A DNA stretch of 64,000 nucleotides from Candidatus Levybacteria bacterium CG2_30_37_29 (lineage in GTDB: Bacteria > Patescibacteriota > Microgenomatia > Levybacterales > GWA1-39-11): positions 67,654 through 131,653 of the forward strand of contig MNYS01000009.1 in assembly GCA_001873215.1 (NCBI GenBank), in the 5' to 3' direction. Shown piece by piece: positions 55,264 to 64,000 of the stretch. The translations under genes were made by a program, and so were the position numbers. The first letter of the stretch is position 1; the number at the start of each line of letters is the position of its first letter. The notes beneath the pieces were generated by a model. That model was given only the letters and a program-made list of their open reading frames with translations, was not told the DNA's origin and did not search any database.

Positions 55264-57333
55264 GTGAATTTTAATAATAGTGTAAAAAATTTTCTACTAT
55301 CTTCTTCCAAAAAAAGGCTTGCAAGTATTTTTTTGGGACTTGTTTTGGTTCTTTCAATTCCAATCACTATTTTACTTCTTGGACAGCAACAGGATTTAAG
55401 GCAACGAGCAAGTTCAGGTGAAGGGGGTTTGGATAATAAGAATATTCCAAAAGCAACCGGTTGGAAGACATATTCAGATTTATATCAAGCCAAACAAATA
55501 AAACACTTCACGGATATTTTGGAGTTAAGTATAAATTACGACGATAAATTGACTCCACCGCTTTCTGTCGAAAAGATAATAAAAAAGAATGGTTATATAC
55601 CTACTACTTCTTTAGAAGATAAGGATTATAGTCTAGAGATAATTGATAAGAATAAAAATATTTTATATAAACTTCCTTTTTCGGTGCAAAAAGAAATACC
55701 GGCGGGTGAGCCTCTTCCAGGGCAAGAACATAATAATGCAGTACCGGTTTTATTTCATTCTGTAAAATTTATTATTGTCGTGCCATGGATAGATAAAGCT
55801 ACAGAAATAAAAATTACTGATTCTGCCGGAGCAGTAATTTTAGTAAATACTTTAAAAAACATAGAATCAGTCAATAATCAACCATCTTTTCATTCTTTGG
55901 ATTCGAATGAAAAAATACAAACTAATAAAAATAATCTCTTGAATTATTTCTACTTAGTAACACAGACTTCTTTTGCTCAGACACAAACAAAAAAATTAGA
56001 CATTGTATTTATCGGTGATAAATACGCCGATCTTTCAATTTTTCACTCTGATGTGAACCGTCTTTCAGCAAATCTTCTAACGTTTGAACCATATAAAAGT
56101 CGTTCTTCCAATGTGCAGTTTTCATATGTAGACAATACGACTGATTTGGGGTGTGCGTTTCAAAATAATGATCCGGCAACAAGATTAATTTTATGTGATA
56201 CAAGTAAAGCTACACAAATAGTAAATAACGCGGTAGTACCGTGGGATAAGATTTTTATCATTGTTAATACTCCCGTTTATGGAGGAAGCGGAGGAGATAT
56301 AGGTGTAGGATTTAATGGAGCAGGTGGAGATTATTATTCTTATGCCCCCAATCTTTTTGTGCATGAATTCGCACATTCATTCGCAATTCTTGCTGACGAG
56401 TATGTTAACAATTACAATTTTTCTGATCAAACAAATTGTTATTCCGGTATTCCTCCAAATCCCAATTGGCAAGGAGTTGTCGATGCCTCAAGCTACTTTA
56501 TAGGATGTGACATGTCCACCTGGTATAGATCAAGCGAGACAAGCATTATGAAAGATATCGGTATTTCTTATTTCAATCCCATTTCTCAAAAATATATCAA
56601 CGAAAAGATTGATTTTTATACGACGATTCCGCCTACTCCAACACCTACAAATACCCCTACGCCCACGAATACGCCTACATCTACTCCTCCTGCTACAACA
56701 GCTACGCCGACCGTTACCAGTACTCCAACACCGAGTTCTACGCCTGTGCCAACGGGTCAAACAACCCCGACTACTACACCTGTTCCATCTTCTACTGCTA
56801 CGCCCACTGTAAAACCTATAGAAACCGGAATTAAATTCACCGTCAGCCTTCCTGGAATTGTAGGTACGGGCAATGGAGGAAATCCTAATCCTGTTCATGC
56901 TTTCAGAAGTGCTGAAGTAAAAGTATTTAATGACCAAAATAATGAAGTAAAAACAGCAACAGGAATTTTAGATTTTGATTCCACAACATTTACTTTCAAG
57001 GGTGCAATTCTTATCGAGGGTCTTATAGCCGATTCATATATTGTAAAAATACGGGTTGAGAATTCATTGTGGAAAAGAATTCCGGGAATTGTAAATATTA
57101 CAAGCGGTGTTGTTGCCAATACTCCTGCTGTAGAATTGGTAACAGGAGATATTCCTGATCGCGATAATGAGCTCAATTTGGCAGACTACAATATCATCAT
57201 TGACTGTATTAACAGCCGTGGCAACTGCAATGAGAGCTTAAAGCGCTATGCTGATCTAAATGATGATGGAAAAGTTGACGAAGTTGATCTAAGCATTCTT
57301 TATGCAGGATTTTCGAATAGAAAAGGAGACTAG
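55264..57333 (+). CDS. secreted peptidase M64 (IgA-peptidase-like zinc metalloprotease) with Pro/Thr-rich linker, beta-sandwich module and C-terminal dockerin-like repeat
   Basis: 689 aa. Signal anchor. M64 signature HEFAHSFAILADEY (HExxH...DEY). PT linker PTPTPTNTPTPTNTPTSTPPATTATPTVTSTPTPSSTPVPTGQTTPTTTPVP. C-terminus DLNDDGKVDEVDLSILYAGFSNRKGD. Confidence 0.6.
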   Translation: MNFNNSVKNFLLSSSKKRLASIFLGLVLVLSIPITILLLGQQQDLRQRASSGEGGLDNKNIPKATGWKTYSDLYQAKQIKHFTDILELSINYDDKLTPPLSVEKIIKKNGYIPTTSLEDKDYSLEIIDKNKNILYKLPFSVQKEIPAGEPLPGQEHNNAVPVLFHSVKFIIVVPWIDKATEIKITDSAGAVILVNTLKNIESVNNQPSFHSLDSNEKIQTNKNNLLNYFYLVTQTSFAQTQTKKLDIVFIGDKYADLSIFHSDVNRLSANLLTFEPYKSRSSNVQFSYVDNTTDLGCAFQNNDPATRLILCDTSKATQIVNNAVVPWDKIFIIVNTPVYGGSGGDIGVGFNGAGGDYYSYAPNLFVHEFAHSFAILADEYVNNYNFSDQTNCYSGIPPNPNWQGVVDASSYFIGCDMSTWYRSSETSIMKDIGISYFNPISQKYINEKIDFYTTIPPTPTPTNTPTPTNTPTSTPPATTATPTVTSTPTPSSTPVPTGQTTPTTTPVPSSTATPTVKPIETGIKFTVSLPGIVGTGNGGNPNPVHAFRSAEVKVFNDQNNEVKTATGILDFDSTTFTFKGAILIEGLIADSYIVKIRVENSLWKRIPGIVNITSGVVANTPAVELVTGDIPDRDNELNLADYNIIIDCINSRGNCNESLKRYADLNDDGKVDEVDLSILYAGFSNRKGD

Positions 57334-57450
57334 CACTCGCTGTTTAAGAGGGATTCACTCTTTAATTATTGAGATATTTATTTGCCGGTCTATCGCATAA
57401 TTGGAGCGTGAAAATCTCTTTTCTTTAAGAATGCTTGGCCAGTTTTATTT

Positions 57451-59076
57451 TTATTCTGCGAAAACAATTGCTTCGCTTGCGTCAAAGTACCTGATTGTAT
57501 GAACTACTTTTCTGATTGGAGAGATTTTAGATTCATAAGGTCCAAGAATATACAGCGCATTTTTATTTTGCTTTTTTTTTGACCAGTCTATTTTTCCAAA
57601 CTCGAATTTATCAAATGCTTGTTTGTCTGAATTTTTTGTCCCACCAGCCGCAAGGTAAAGCTTTGGATCGTATCGTAGGTAAAAAAGAAAGAAGATATAT
57701 GGTTGTTCGAGTTGGTTTGAAACATAAACATTCTTATATTTTGATTTATTTTGCTCTACAAAATTTACGGCGTGTTCGTAACCAAACTGCCAGAATCGAG
57801 AAGATTCAAGATTCATATGGGTAAAATAAAGCTGATAGTATTGAATGAAAGAAAATATTACAACTGCAAGAAAAATTGTTATTACAACGACTTGTTTTAC
57901 CATGGAAAATCTTCTCAGAAAAACATAGGCTGTTTCTATTCCCAACGCAACCGCTATTTGTAATGATGGCAACCATATAAGAGTTCTTACTGCGTGGGGC
58001 ACTTCCGAGGTAAATGCTGCGGGAATAGGAGCAAGTAAAAACCAGAGGAAAAAAACTTGTCTTGCTTTTTTGCTTGAGAAGAAAATAGAAATAATACCAA
58101 GCAGCATAAATGATAATTCCCATATGTACAACAGTCCGGTTGAAGGGGCATGATGACGATCGTTATCTCCAGTTATAAACATCCATCTCAGAGAAAAGTG
58201 AGATAGGTATCCATGCGCTATTTCAATAAGCCCCGCTGGAATTGGGGAAGCAAAAAGAGAGTATTGCACGGAAGATTTTTTTATAATGCTTTCTTTTTGT
58301 GATTTTTCTTGTTGAATATTAAAAATATTGGTTGCAGAATATCGTGCCGTAATTTTTTGGCTTTGGCCCTGTGTAAAAAGGGCTAAAAATGGTATTAGAA
58401 AGAACATGCCAACAATAATTGAAATTAGAAGATATTTTTTCTGCTTAAACAAATTTTTATAAAAAACAATGCTTAATCCCAAAAGAAATAATGGTACAAA
58501 TAAACGGGGGCTATGGTATGCATTTATAGATAATCCATAAAATATAGCCGAGGCACTAAGAAAAATTGGCTTTCTTAGACCGAGCAAAAAGAAATAGAGA
58601 CCCCAAATGCAAAGAGTTAACGCAATATTTGCTTCGAATGCTACGCGGGAAAATTGAATATGCCACGGAGAAATTGCAAAAAGCCCTGTTGCCAACAAAC
58701 TTATATAGTTAATTCTCTTGGAAGTACTATTCTGTAAATTAAGCAATTGCCGGGTTAAAAAAAATGTTCCCATGACTGCCATTATTCCCATTAGGGCTGA
58801 GGGAAGACGCACCGAAAAAGCATTCAAGTCAAATATATAGATTGCTGGAATTGCAAGATATGCATACAGTGCGGGTTTATAATCGTCAAAAGACGTAAGT
58901 ATTACTGGTAAAAAATTTCCGTACTCATCCCGTTCTGTAAGTAATATAGAATATGCATTATACCCCAGTGCAGCTTCGTCCCAGTCGGGACTTATCGGCA
59001 CCCCGCCCAAATGATATAGACGAAGAAATGAGGCAATACCAACAATAATTACTAAAAGAAATATTATTCGTTTCAT
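57451..59076 (-). CDS. GT-C family membrane glycosyltransferase (PMT/ArnT-like)
   Basis: 541 aa. More than 10 TM helices. First-loop DE motif (ISPDWDEAALGYNAYS). C-terminal soluble domain. Confidence 0.55.
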   Translation of the reverse strand: MKRIIFLLVIIVGIASFLRLYHLGGVPISPDWDEAALGYNAYSILLTERDEYGNFLPVILTSFDDYKPALYAYLAIPAIYIFDLNAFSVRLPSALMGIMAVMGTFFLTRQLLNLQNSTSKRINYISLLATGLFAISPWHIQFSRVAFEANIALTLCIWGLYFFLLGLRKPIFLSASAIFYGLSINAYHSPRLFVPLFLLGLSIVFYKNLFKQKKYLLISIIVGMFFLIPFLALFTQGQSQKITARYSATNIFNIQQEKSQKESIIKKSSVQYSLFASPIPAGLIEIAHGYLSHFSLRWMFITGDNDRHHAPSTGLLYIWELSFMLLGIISIFFSSKKARQVFFLWFLLAPIPAAFTSEVPHAVRTLIWLPSLQIAVALGIETAYVFLRRFSMVKQVVVITIFLAVVIFSFIQYYQLYFTHMNLESSRFWQFGYEHAVNFVEQNKSKYKNVYVSNQLEQPYIFFLFYLRYDPKLYLAAGGTKNSDKQAFDKFEFGKIDWSKKKQNKNALYILGPYESKISPIRKVVHTIRYFDASEAIVFAE

Positions 59077-60698
59077 TCTTTAGGTGTCAGAAAAACGCTT
59101 ATTTGGAAATTTTTGTCAGGTGCGCTACTTAAAAATGCGGCAAGGAAATATTTAGGAACTGTTATAAGAGGTTGAATATAGACAGTTGAAAGTTTGTATT
59201 TTTTTGGAGGCTCATTTAAAAAAACATAACTGTCAAAAGTAGTTGTGTTGTTTTGGTCAATATACTTTTTAGCAAGATTTTCTCTTTTTGTGAGAAATAT
59301 CCAGTAAAGAGAAATGTCTTGGCCGTACGTTGCGTCTGTTACGATAATTTTTTGTTGCGGCTCCAATTTTTTATCAACAAACTCAAAAGCTTTTTGATAA
59401 TCGGTGTAATAATCTGGCACTGTGATCCCAGGATTAGTAAAAAAGAAGTAATTGAAACGCCCCATAAAATAAGCGGATACAATAATAACTCCTATTAAAA
59501 ATGCTTGTCTAAATCTATAGGGGAATCCTTCCCAGGCATAAAAAAATCCATAAGTTTCAATTGTTACAACTGGTACTAGTATCAATACTATGCGTATAGC
59601 ATCGGGTTGGCTATTTTGAATAGATTGAGGCACCACTATTGATGCGATAAAGATTATTAATAGACCTAAAATCTTTCTATTATTTTTAAATAAAAAAATA
59701 CTGCCTGCAATAAGAAATATCAATTCAAGCGGATTAAGGAGCCCAGCGTATTGAGAAATGTATCCAGTATTATAGCCCCATCTGATAAAAATGCTTTCAG
59801 GCTCAAGATAGTTGGTGATATTTTTAAGATAAAGTTTTGCATCTTCGATGGACGAATCGTTGAGTACTTTGGACTGTAGTGTATTACCGGCTTTTTCTAT
59901 CCTGTTACTTGCTTTTTGTATATTAAATGTGAAATTTTCAGAATTTACGCGATCGATTTGGATTTGATAAGTGTAAACGTGTGGAAGAATTGGAATGAGA
60001 AGAAAAGTTGATAAAAGCAGCGATGTTGTTAAACGTAAAGCGGAGTGTTTTAAGCGAGTAAAAAAAATAATTAATATGCAAATAACAACTGCTGTTGATG
60101 GAATGAAGAAAAGATAATCAGAGTAGATTGCCACTACAAATGGTAAGGGCCAGAAAAATACCAACCTTTTGTATTTTGTAATTTTTAGACTGATAAATAA
60201 CCCTAACAAAAAAAAGAAGAGTCCCAAATTTACACCTGTATCTATTCTTGATACCTGAATATACCAAGGAGAAAAAGCAAAAAAGAGTGTAGAGACAAGT
60301 GGAAAAAGATATCTTTTTTTTGAAGGTTTGGTATTTTTGTAGATTAGAGTATAAGCTTGCCTTACAACGAAATAAAACAATATGATCATTGCGGTTCCTG
60401 CAAGAACAGACGGAAACCTAACTCCAAAAGGAGTAAGACCAAATACTTTTATGAAGGGGGTGGTAAATAGTATTGACAGGGGGGCAATTAAGTGGGTATC
60501 TATAAAACCAAAGCTATGGGAAAAAAGTGAAAAAGTTTCATTTATTTTTGAGTCGTTAAGAACTTGTGATGCAAGTCCGATTTTTAACTCTTTTTGCAAC
60601 AATACTGGGGGTATTTGCGAAAGACTGGCGAGACGAAACCACAACGAAGAGAGGAGAACTAAAAGAAGTATCACAACACGCATTGTGGTAAAAAGCAT
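59073..60698 (-). CDS. GT-C family membrane glycosyltransferase paralog (divergent first-loop motif)
   Basis: 541 aa, the same length and architecture as the neighbour. The first loop has FGFIDTH instead of a canonical DE. Confidence 0.45.
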   Translation of the reverse strand: MLFTTMRVVILLLVLLSSLWFRLASLSQIPPVLLQKELKIGLASQVLNDSKINETFSLFSHSFGFIDTHLIAPLSILFTTPFIKVFGLTPFGVRFPSVLAGTAMIILFYFVVRQAYTLIYKNTKPSKKRYLFPLVSTLFFAFSPWYIQVSRIDTGVNLGLFFFLLGLFISLKITKYKRLVFFWPLPFVVAIYSDYLFFIPSTAVVICILIIFFTRLKHSALRLTTSLLLSTFLLIPILPHVYTYQIQIDRVNSENFTFNIQKASNRIEKAGNTLQSKVLNDSSIEDAKLYLKNITNYLEPESIFIRWGYNTGYISQYAGLLNPLELIFLIAGSIFLFKNNRKILGLLIIFIASIVVPQSIQNSQPDAIRIVLILVPVVTIETYGFFYAWEGFPYRFRQAFLIGVIIVSAYFMGRFNYFFFTNPGITVPDYYTDYQKAFEFVDKKLEPQQKIIVTDATYGQDISLYWIFLTKRENLAKKYIDQNNTTTFDSYVFLNEPPKKYKLSTVYIQPLITVPKYFLAAFLSSAPDKNFQISVFLTPKE

Positions 60699-60861
60699 AT
60701 TATAAATGGATTATAACATGTCACTAAGTAAGAACATGGAAAGTTTTTAGATCTTCTTTTGGATTCAAAATAACGCAAAAATTCTTAACACCATTAATAC
60801 TACGGATGGGTCTCCAGCTTTTAATGTCGTACAGCTTCAAAAAACTGAGTGAGCATGTTTA

Positions 60862-61239
60862 TTAGAAAAAAAGGTCCCACCATTTTTTCCAATTAGGACG
60901 CAAATCTTGTTTTATCACATGATTTGTAGTAGCAGGTTGTGAGGCAAAAATAATATGTTCTCCTGTTCTTACGAGTCCAAGCTTTCTGCGGGCTTGAGCC
61001 TCAATAAATTCATTTGTTTGGGCGTATTTAAGCTGTTCTTCAAGAAATATTTTTCTTTTTTGCTGTTCTTTTAATTGTGAGGTTAATTGTCCTGTAACGC
61101 TTTCTGTTGTTAGCTTTTTATATATTGAAAAAGTCAAGTTTTTTACAAAAATTAAAAGTATAAAAATTATAAGAATTAGTACCAGTTTTTTCATTAGTTG
61201 TTGACAAACCGCATCCAGCTTGATATTATAGGACGACAA
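60862..61239 (-). CDS. ftsB: septum formation initiator FtsB/DivIC-family protein
   Basis: 125 aa. N-terminal TM and coiled coil. EFIEAQARRKLGLVRTGEHII matches the DivIC/FtsB family. Confidence 0.55.
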   Translation of the reverse strand: MSSYNIKLDAVCQQLMKKLVLILIIFILLIFVKNLTFSIYKKLTTESVTGQLTSQLKEQQKRKIFLEEQLKYAQTNEFIEAQARRKLGLVRTGEHIIFASQPATTNHVIKQDLRPNWKKWWDLFF

Positions 61240-61241
61240 TT

Positions 61242-62108
61242 ATGCCAGACACATTACCCATTAAGGATGCCCACTTAAAATTTCAAGACTTTTTGAAATC
61301 AAAAAACAAAGCATCCGCTACAATTTTAGCATACGGAAAAGATATAAGCCAATTAATAACTTTTCTTGAGGAGCTTGAAAAAAAGCACGTCAGCGAAGTG
61401 ACAAGCGGAGATATACAGGCATTTATGGCTCAATTAAGCACAAAAGGGTATACTCCTAAATCTATTTCCAGAAAGCTTAATTCAACGCGTACTTTCTATC
61501 GTTATTTAAAGGTAAACGAGTATATTACTGATGACCCGTCGCTTGTTGTTCAGCACCCGAAGTATGAGCTTAATCCTCCGCGTATTCTTTCACCTCTTGA
61601 ATATAGAGCTCTTCGTGATTCAGCTTCGTCTGACCCGCGAATTTACGCTGTAATTGAAGTTTTGCTTCAAACAGGAATTAGAATCGGTGAGCTTGCAAAT
61701 TTAAGAATGGAAGAGGTAAAGGATAATTCTCTTTTTATTCGTGTTTATGAAGGACACGCAGCTCGGGAAGTGCCATTAAATAAAAGAGCAAAAGACGCGC
61801 TTAAGCGCTATTTTGATTCGCGTCCAAAAACAGAAAATGATCATGTATTTATTACAAAAACTGGAAAGCCTTTTCTTGTAAGAAACATAAGAGACGCAAT
61901 TGAACGTTACTTTAAAAAAGCAGGTGTTGAAAATGCAAAAATAAATGATCTCCGTCATACTTTTGTTGCCCATCATCTAAGGCAAGGAGTTTCAATTGTT
62001 TTTCTCTCAAAGATTCTGGGACACAAACGTCTTTCTTCAACAGAGCGATATCTACAGTACGTAAAAGACACCAAAAACGGCGAAAGCACAACTCTTCTGG
62101 AACTCTAA
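61242..62108 (+). CDS. xerC: tyrosine recombinase XerC/XerD family
   Basis: 288 aa. The catalytic R...H..R..Y tetrad context is present: GIRIGELANL, LRHTFVAHHLRQG, RLSSTERYL. Confidence 0.85.
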   Translation: MPDTLPIKDAHLKFQDFLKSKNKASATILAYGKDISQLITFLEELEKKHVSEVTSGDIQAFMAQLSTKGYTPKSISRKLNSTRTFYRYLKVNEYITDDPSLVVQHPKYELNPPRILSPLEYRALRDSASSDPRIYAVIEVLLQTGIRIGELANLRMEEVKDNSLFIRVYEGHAAREVPLNKRAKDALKRYFDSRPKTENDHVFITKTGKPFLVRNIRDAIERYFKKAGVENAKINDLRHTFVAHHLRQGVSIVFLSKILGHKRLSSTERYLQYVKDTKNGESTTLLEL

Positions 62109-62171
62109 ATATTCCCCTTGAAAAAAGGTATCCTTGATTTGTATGGTTATTCTGTGGCATGATAAAAATGT

Positions 62172-62705
62172 ATGGAAAAAGATGCGCAGAATTCCAACGT
62201 GGAAAACCAAACAAGAGACGTAAGAACTCTTCTTTCTTGGAGCGCTCCGGGAAGACCATATCGCGCGCGGGGAAAACAATTTTACCTTTCAATCCTTCTT
62301 ATTGTGCTTTTTGTTGAAGCAATACTTTTCCTTTTTTCAGAATACCAGCTTATGGTAGTTGTTTTGGCTCTTGCATTTCTTTCTGTAGTTTTATCTTCTG
62401 TCCCTCCAAAAAATTTCCACTATAAAATCACAACAGAAGGTGTAAAAGTGGAAGATTATTTTTATATTTGGTCAGAGCTTTATGATTTCTTTTTCAAAAG
62501 AATAGAGGGTACGGATGTTTTGATAATAAGAACAGAAGCATTTCTTCCTGGAGAATTAAAACTTTCACTCGGGGTTTTGACTCGCGACCACGTGCGCCAG
62601 ACTGTTGTAAATTATTTACCATATAGAGAATTTGTAAAACCGACTTTTATGGAAAATGCTGCTGATTGGCTTTCAAGAAATTTTCCTCTTGAAAATCTGC
62701 ATTAA
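62172..62705 (+). CDS. hypothetical membrane protein
   Basis: 177 aa with two TM helices. No recognised motifs. Confidence 0.3.
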   Translation: MEKDAQNSNVENQTRDVRTLLSWSAPGRPYRARGKQFYLSILLIVLFVEAILFLFSEYQLMVVVLALAFLSVVLSSVPPKNFHYKITTEGVKVEDYFYIWSELYDFFFKRIEGTDVLIIRTEAFLPGELKLSLGVLTRDHVRQTVVNYLPYREFVKPTFMENAADWLSRNFPLENLH

Positions 62706-62765
62706 ATTTGCTTAAGGCCCCTAAATCCTCTAAAATACGACTAGTTCGAAGAAAGTTCAAGTCTT

Positions 62766-62837
62766 GCTCTCGTAGTTCAACGGATAGAATGGGGGATTGC
62801 GGATCCCCTGATGCGGGTTCGATTCCCACCGGGAGCG
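62766..62837 (+). tRNA. tRNA-Arg (GCG)
   Basis: Manual fold: acceptor GCTCTCG/CGGGAGC (one G.U pair), anticodon loop TTGCGGA, T arm GCGGG-TTCGATT-CCCAC (one C.A mismatch). Paralog of the tRNA at 63258. Confidence 0.55.
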
Positions 62838-62895
62838 CAGCGTAAGAAATCAAAGATTTCAACGCTGCTGGAACGTAAAAATTTCAGAGGAAATT

Positions 62896-63162
62896 TTGTA
62901 CGTTCTGCCCATTATGTATTACGTATACATATTAAAAAGCGAAAAAGATAAAAGTTTATATACTGGTTATACAAAGGACTTAAAGAAAAGATACAAGGAG
63001 CATAATAACGGTTTGTCAAAAGCAACAAAATCAAGACGTCCATATCAATTAATATTTTATGAAGCATTTGTAAACATGAAAGATGCGAAGAAACGCGAAG
63101 AGTATTTAAAAAGCGGGTGGGGTTTAAGAAGTATTAAAAAGATGCTTGTTAATACCTTGTGA
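62896..63162 (+). CDS. GIY-YIG nuclease family small protein (second copy)
   Basis: 88 aa. YVYILKSEKDKSLYTGYTKDLKKRYKEHN GIY-YIG motif. Confidence 0.75.
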   Translation: MYVLPIMYYVYILKSEKDKSLYTGYTKDLKKRYKEHNNGLSKATKSRRPYQLIFYEAFVNMKDAKKREEYLKSGWGLRSIKKMLVNTL

Positions 63163-63167
63163 AATGT

Positions 63168-63252
63168 GGAGGGTTAGCCAAGTGGTTTACGGCGCAAGTT
63201 TCGAAAACTTGTTCCCTTTTGGGAAACACAGGTTCGAATCCTGTACCCTCCG
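63168..63252 (+). tRNA. tRNA-Ser (CGA)
   Basis: Acceptor GGAGGGT/ACCCTCC. Anticodon stem-loop CAAGT-TTCGAAA-ACTTG. Long variable arm TTCCCTTTTGGGAAAC. T arm ACAGG-TTCGAAT-CCTGT. Confidence 0.75.
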
Positions 63253-63257
63253 CAGAT

Positions 63258-63329
63258 GCCCTTGTAGTTCAATGGATAGAATGGGGGATTCCGGATCCCT
63301 TGATGTGGGTTCGATTCCCACCAAGGGCG
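63258..63329 (+). tRNA. tRNA-Arg (CCG)
   Basis: Acceptor GCCCTTG/CAAGGGC. Anticodon loop TTCCGGA. T arm GTGGG-TTCGATT-CCCAC. Confidence 0.75.
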
Positions 63330-63369
63330 CAGTATTGACACAGAGAATAAATCAACATAAAATGCTCCA

Positions 63370-63645
63370 ATGAAAATAGAATGCGGAGTAAGACATAGTC
63401 AAGCTGAAATAACAGACGACGGAGTGATGCCTGAAAGACTAATATACAAAAATTTCGGAGAAGATGTTTCAATAGGTCAAGTTTTTTCTACGGCAGAAGT
63501 TGTAATAGACTGCTCTAAGTGTCCTTTCTCAGAGACACTGAAAGCAACAGTTATCGGTATAAGCCCTGCTTTTCAAGCAATTAAAGCTGTTGAAAGTGAA
63601 GCAGAGCAAAAAGTTGAGACAATAAAAAAAGATTGCATGCTATGA
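63370..63645 (+). CDS. hypothetical protein
   Basis: 91 aa. No recognised motifs. Confidence 0.3.
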   Translation: MKIECGVRHSQAEITDDGVMPERLIYKNFGEDVSIGQVFSTAEVVIDCSKCPFSETLKATVIGISPAFQAIKAVESEAEQKVETIKKDCML

Positions 63646-64000
63646 AATTTGAATTTTCAGCAGGTGGAGTTGTTTACAGTAAGGATAATGGTGGCCTAAA
63701 AATTCTTGTCTGCCAACATTCTATGCATCATGGATGGGTTTTCCCGAAAGGAATAATTGGAGACAATGTAAAAGATGAGAAAAAAGAAGCAACAGCAGTA
63801 CGTGAAGTAGAAGAAGAAACAGGCGCAAAAGGAGAGATTGTGGTAGAGCTTGCACCGGTTATCTACTGGTATCAATTCAAAAACGAAAAAATAAAAAAGA
63901 CCGTTTATTATTTTGTTATGAAATATGCGGGAGGAGACATAACAAAGCACGACCATGAGATGGAAGCAGTAGAGTGGCTTCCAACAGATAAAGTCCTTGA
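63642..64000 (+). CDS. NUDIX hydrolase (partial; runs off the window end)
   Basis: Hand translation MKFEFSAGGVVYSKDNGGLKILV...GWVFPKGIIGDNVKDEKKEATAVREVEEETG contains the Nudix box. No stop before the window end. Confidence 0.7.
   Translation, partial: MKFEFSAGGVVYSKDNGGLKILVCQHSMHHGWVFPKGIIGDNVKDEKKEATAVREVEEETGAKGEIVVELAPVIYWYQFKNEKIKKTVYYFVMKYAGGDITKHDHEMEAVEWLPTDKVL

Noticed and set aside
56530-56937. 135-aa minus-strand ORF rich in R/C/W (RRWNRCSSRGCLTRWHRRR...)
   Set aside because: It is the antisense reading of the Pro/Thr-linker coding repeats of the M64 peptidase gene. The low-complexity translation is an artefact of ACN/CCN codon repeats.
1-64000. CRISPR arrays and cas genes
   Set aside because: No arrays of regularly spaced 25-40 nt repeats and no Cas-like ORFs were seen. 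The only repeated sequences are the gene-end duplications described in the findings.

Overview
This is a low-GC, gene-dense bacterial window with hallmarks of a reduced genome (short aaRS and YidC, an archaeal-type cmk, many GT-C and GH130 genes). That fits a Patescibacteria/CPR-like organism, but the assignment is inference from gene content only. A replication-origin core sits at the 5' end: dnaN and dnaA on the minus strand, with consensus DnaA boxes in the dnaA-dnaN spacer and upstream of dnaA. The rest is mostly housekeeping: metK behind a SAM-I-clan riboswitch, rpoD-dnaG, comM, two P-type ATPases, two class A PBPs, pgk/gap, rpmH-rnpA-yidC-jag, rnhA, valS, rplY, xerC/D, ftsB, and a pentose/tagatose-phosphate cluster (rpe, rpiB, LacD-like aldolase, PfkB kinase). 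Interleaved with these are accessory features that stand out. First, a group I intron (Azoarcus-like P7/P8/P9 core) splits a tRNA(CAU) gene, and an antisense HTH/LAGLIDADG-like ORF overlaps its 5' exon. Second, three small cassettes are each flanked by direct duplications of the ends of neighbouring core genes: a Fic gene with the pgk/cmk junction triplicated, a DUF433-DUF5615 pair with the flippase 5' end duplicated, and a GIY-YIG gene. Third, two secreted proteins (a CAP domain protein and an M64 peptidase) share a Pro/Thr-linker, beta-sandwich and dockerin-like C-terminal module and sit next to tandem GT-C glycosyltransferase paralogs, with a GT1-TM-GT2 fusion and another GT-C elsewhere in the window; I read this as a candidate protein O-glycosylation system. 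Other points are tandem double-domain GH130 paralogs, a decayed stretch beside tRNA-Asn (histidine kinase and recombinase fragments), a solitary DUF4258 toxin-like gene, and a tRNA-Arg(GCG)/tRNA-Arg(CCG) duplicate pair bracketing a second GIY-YIG gene. No CRISPR array or rRNA gene is present.
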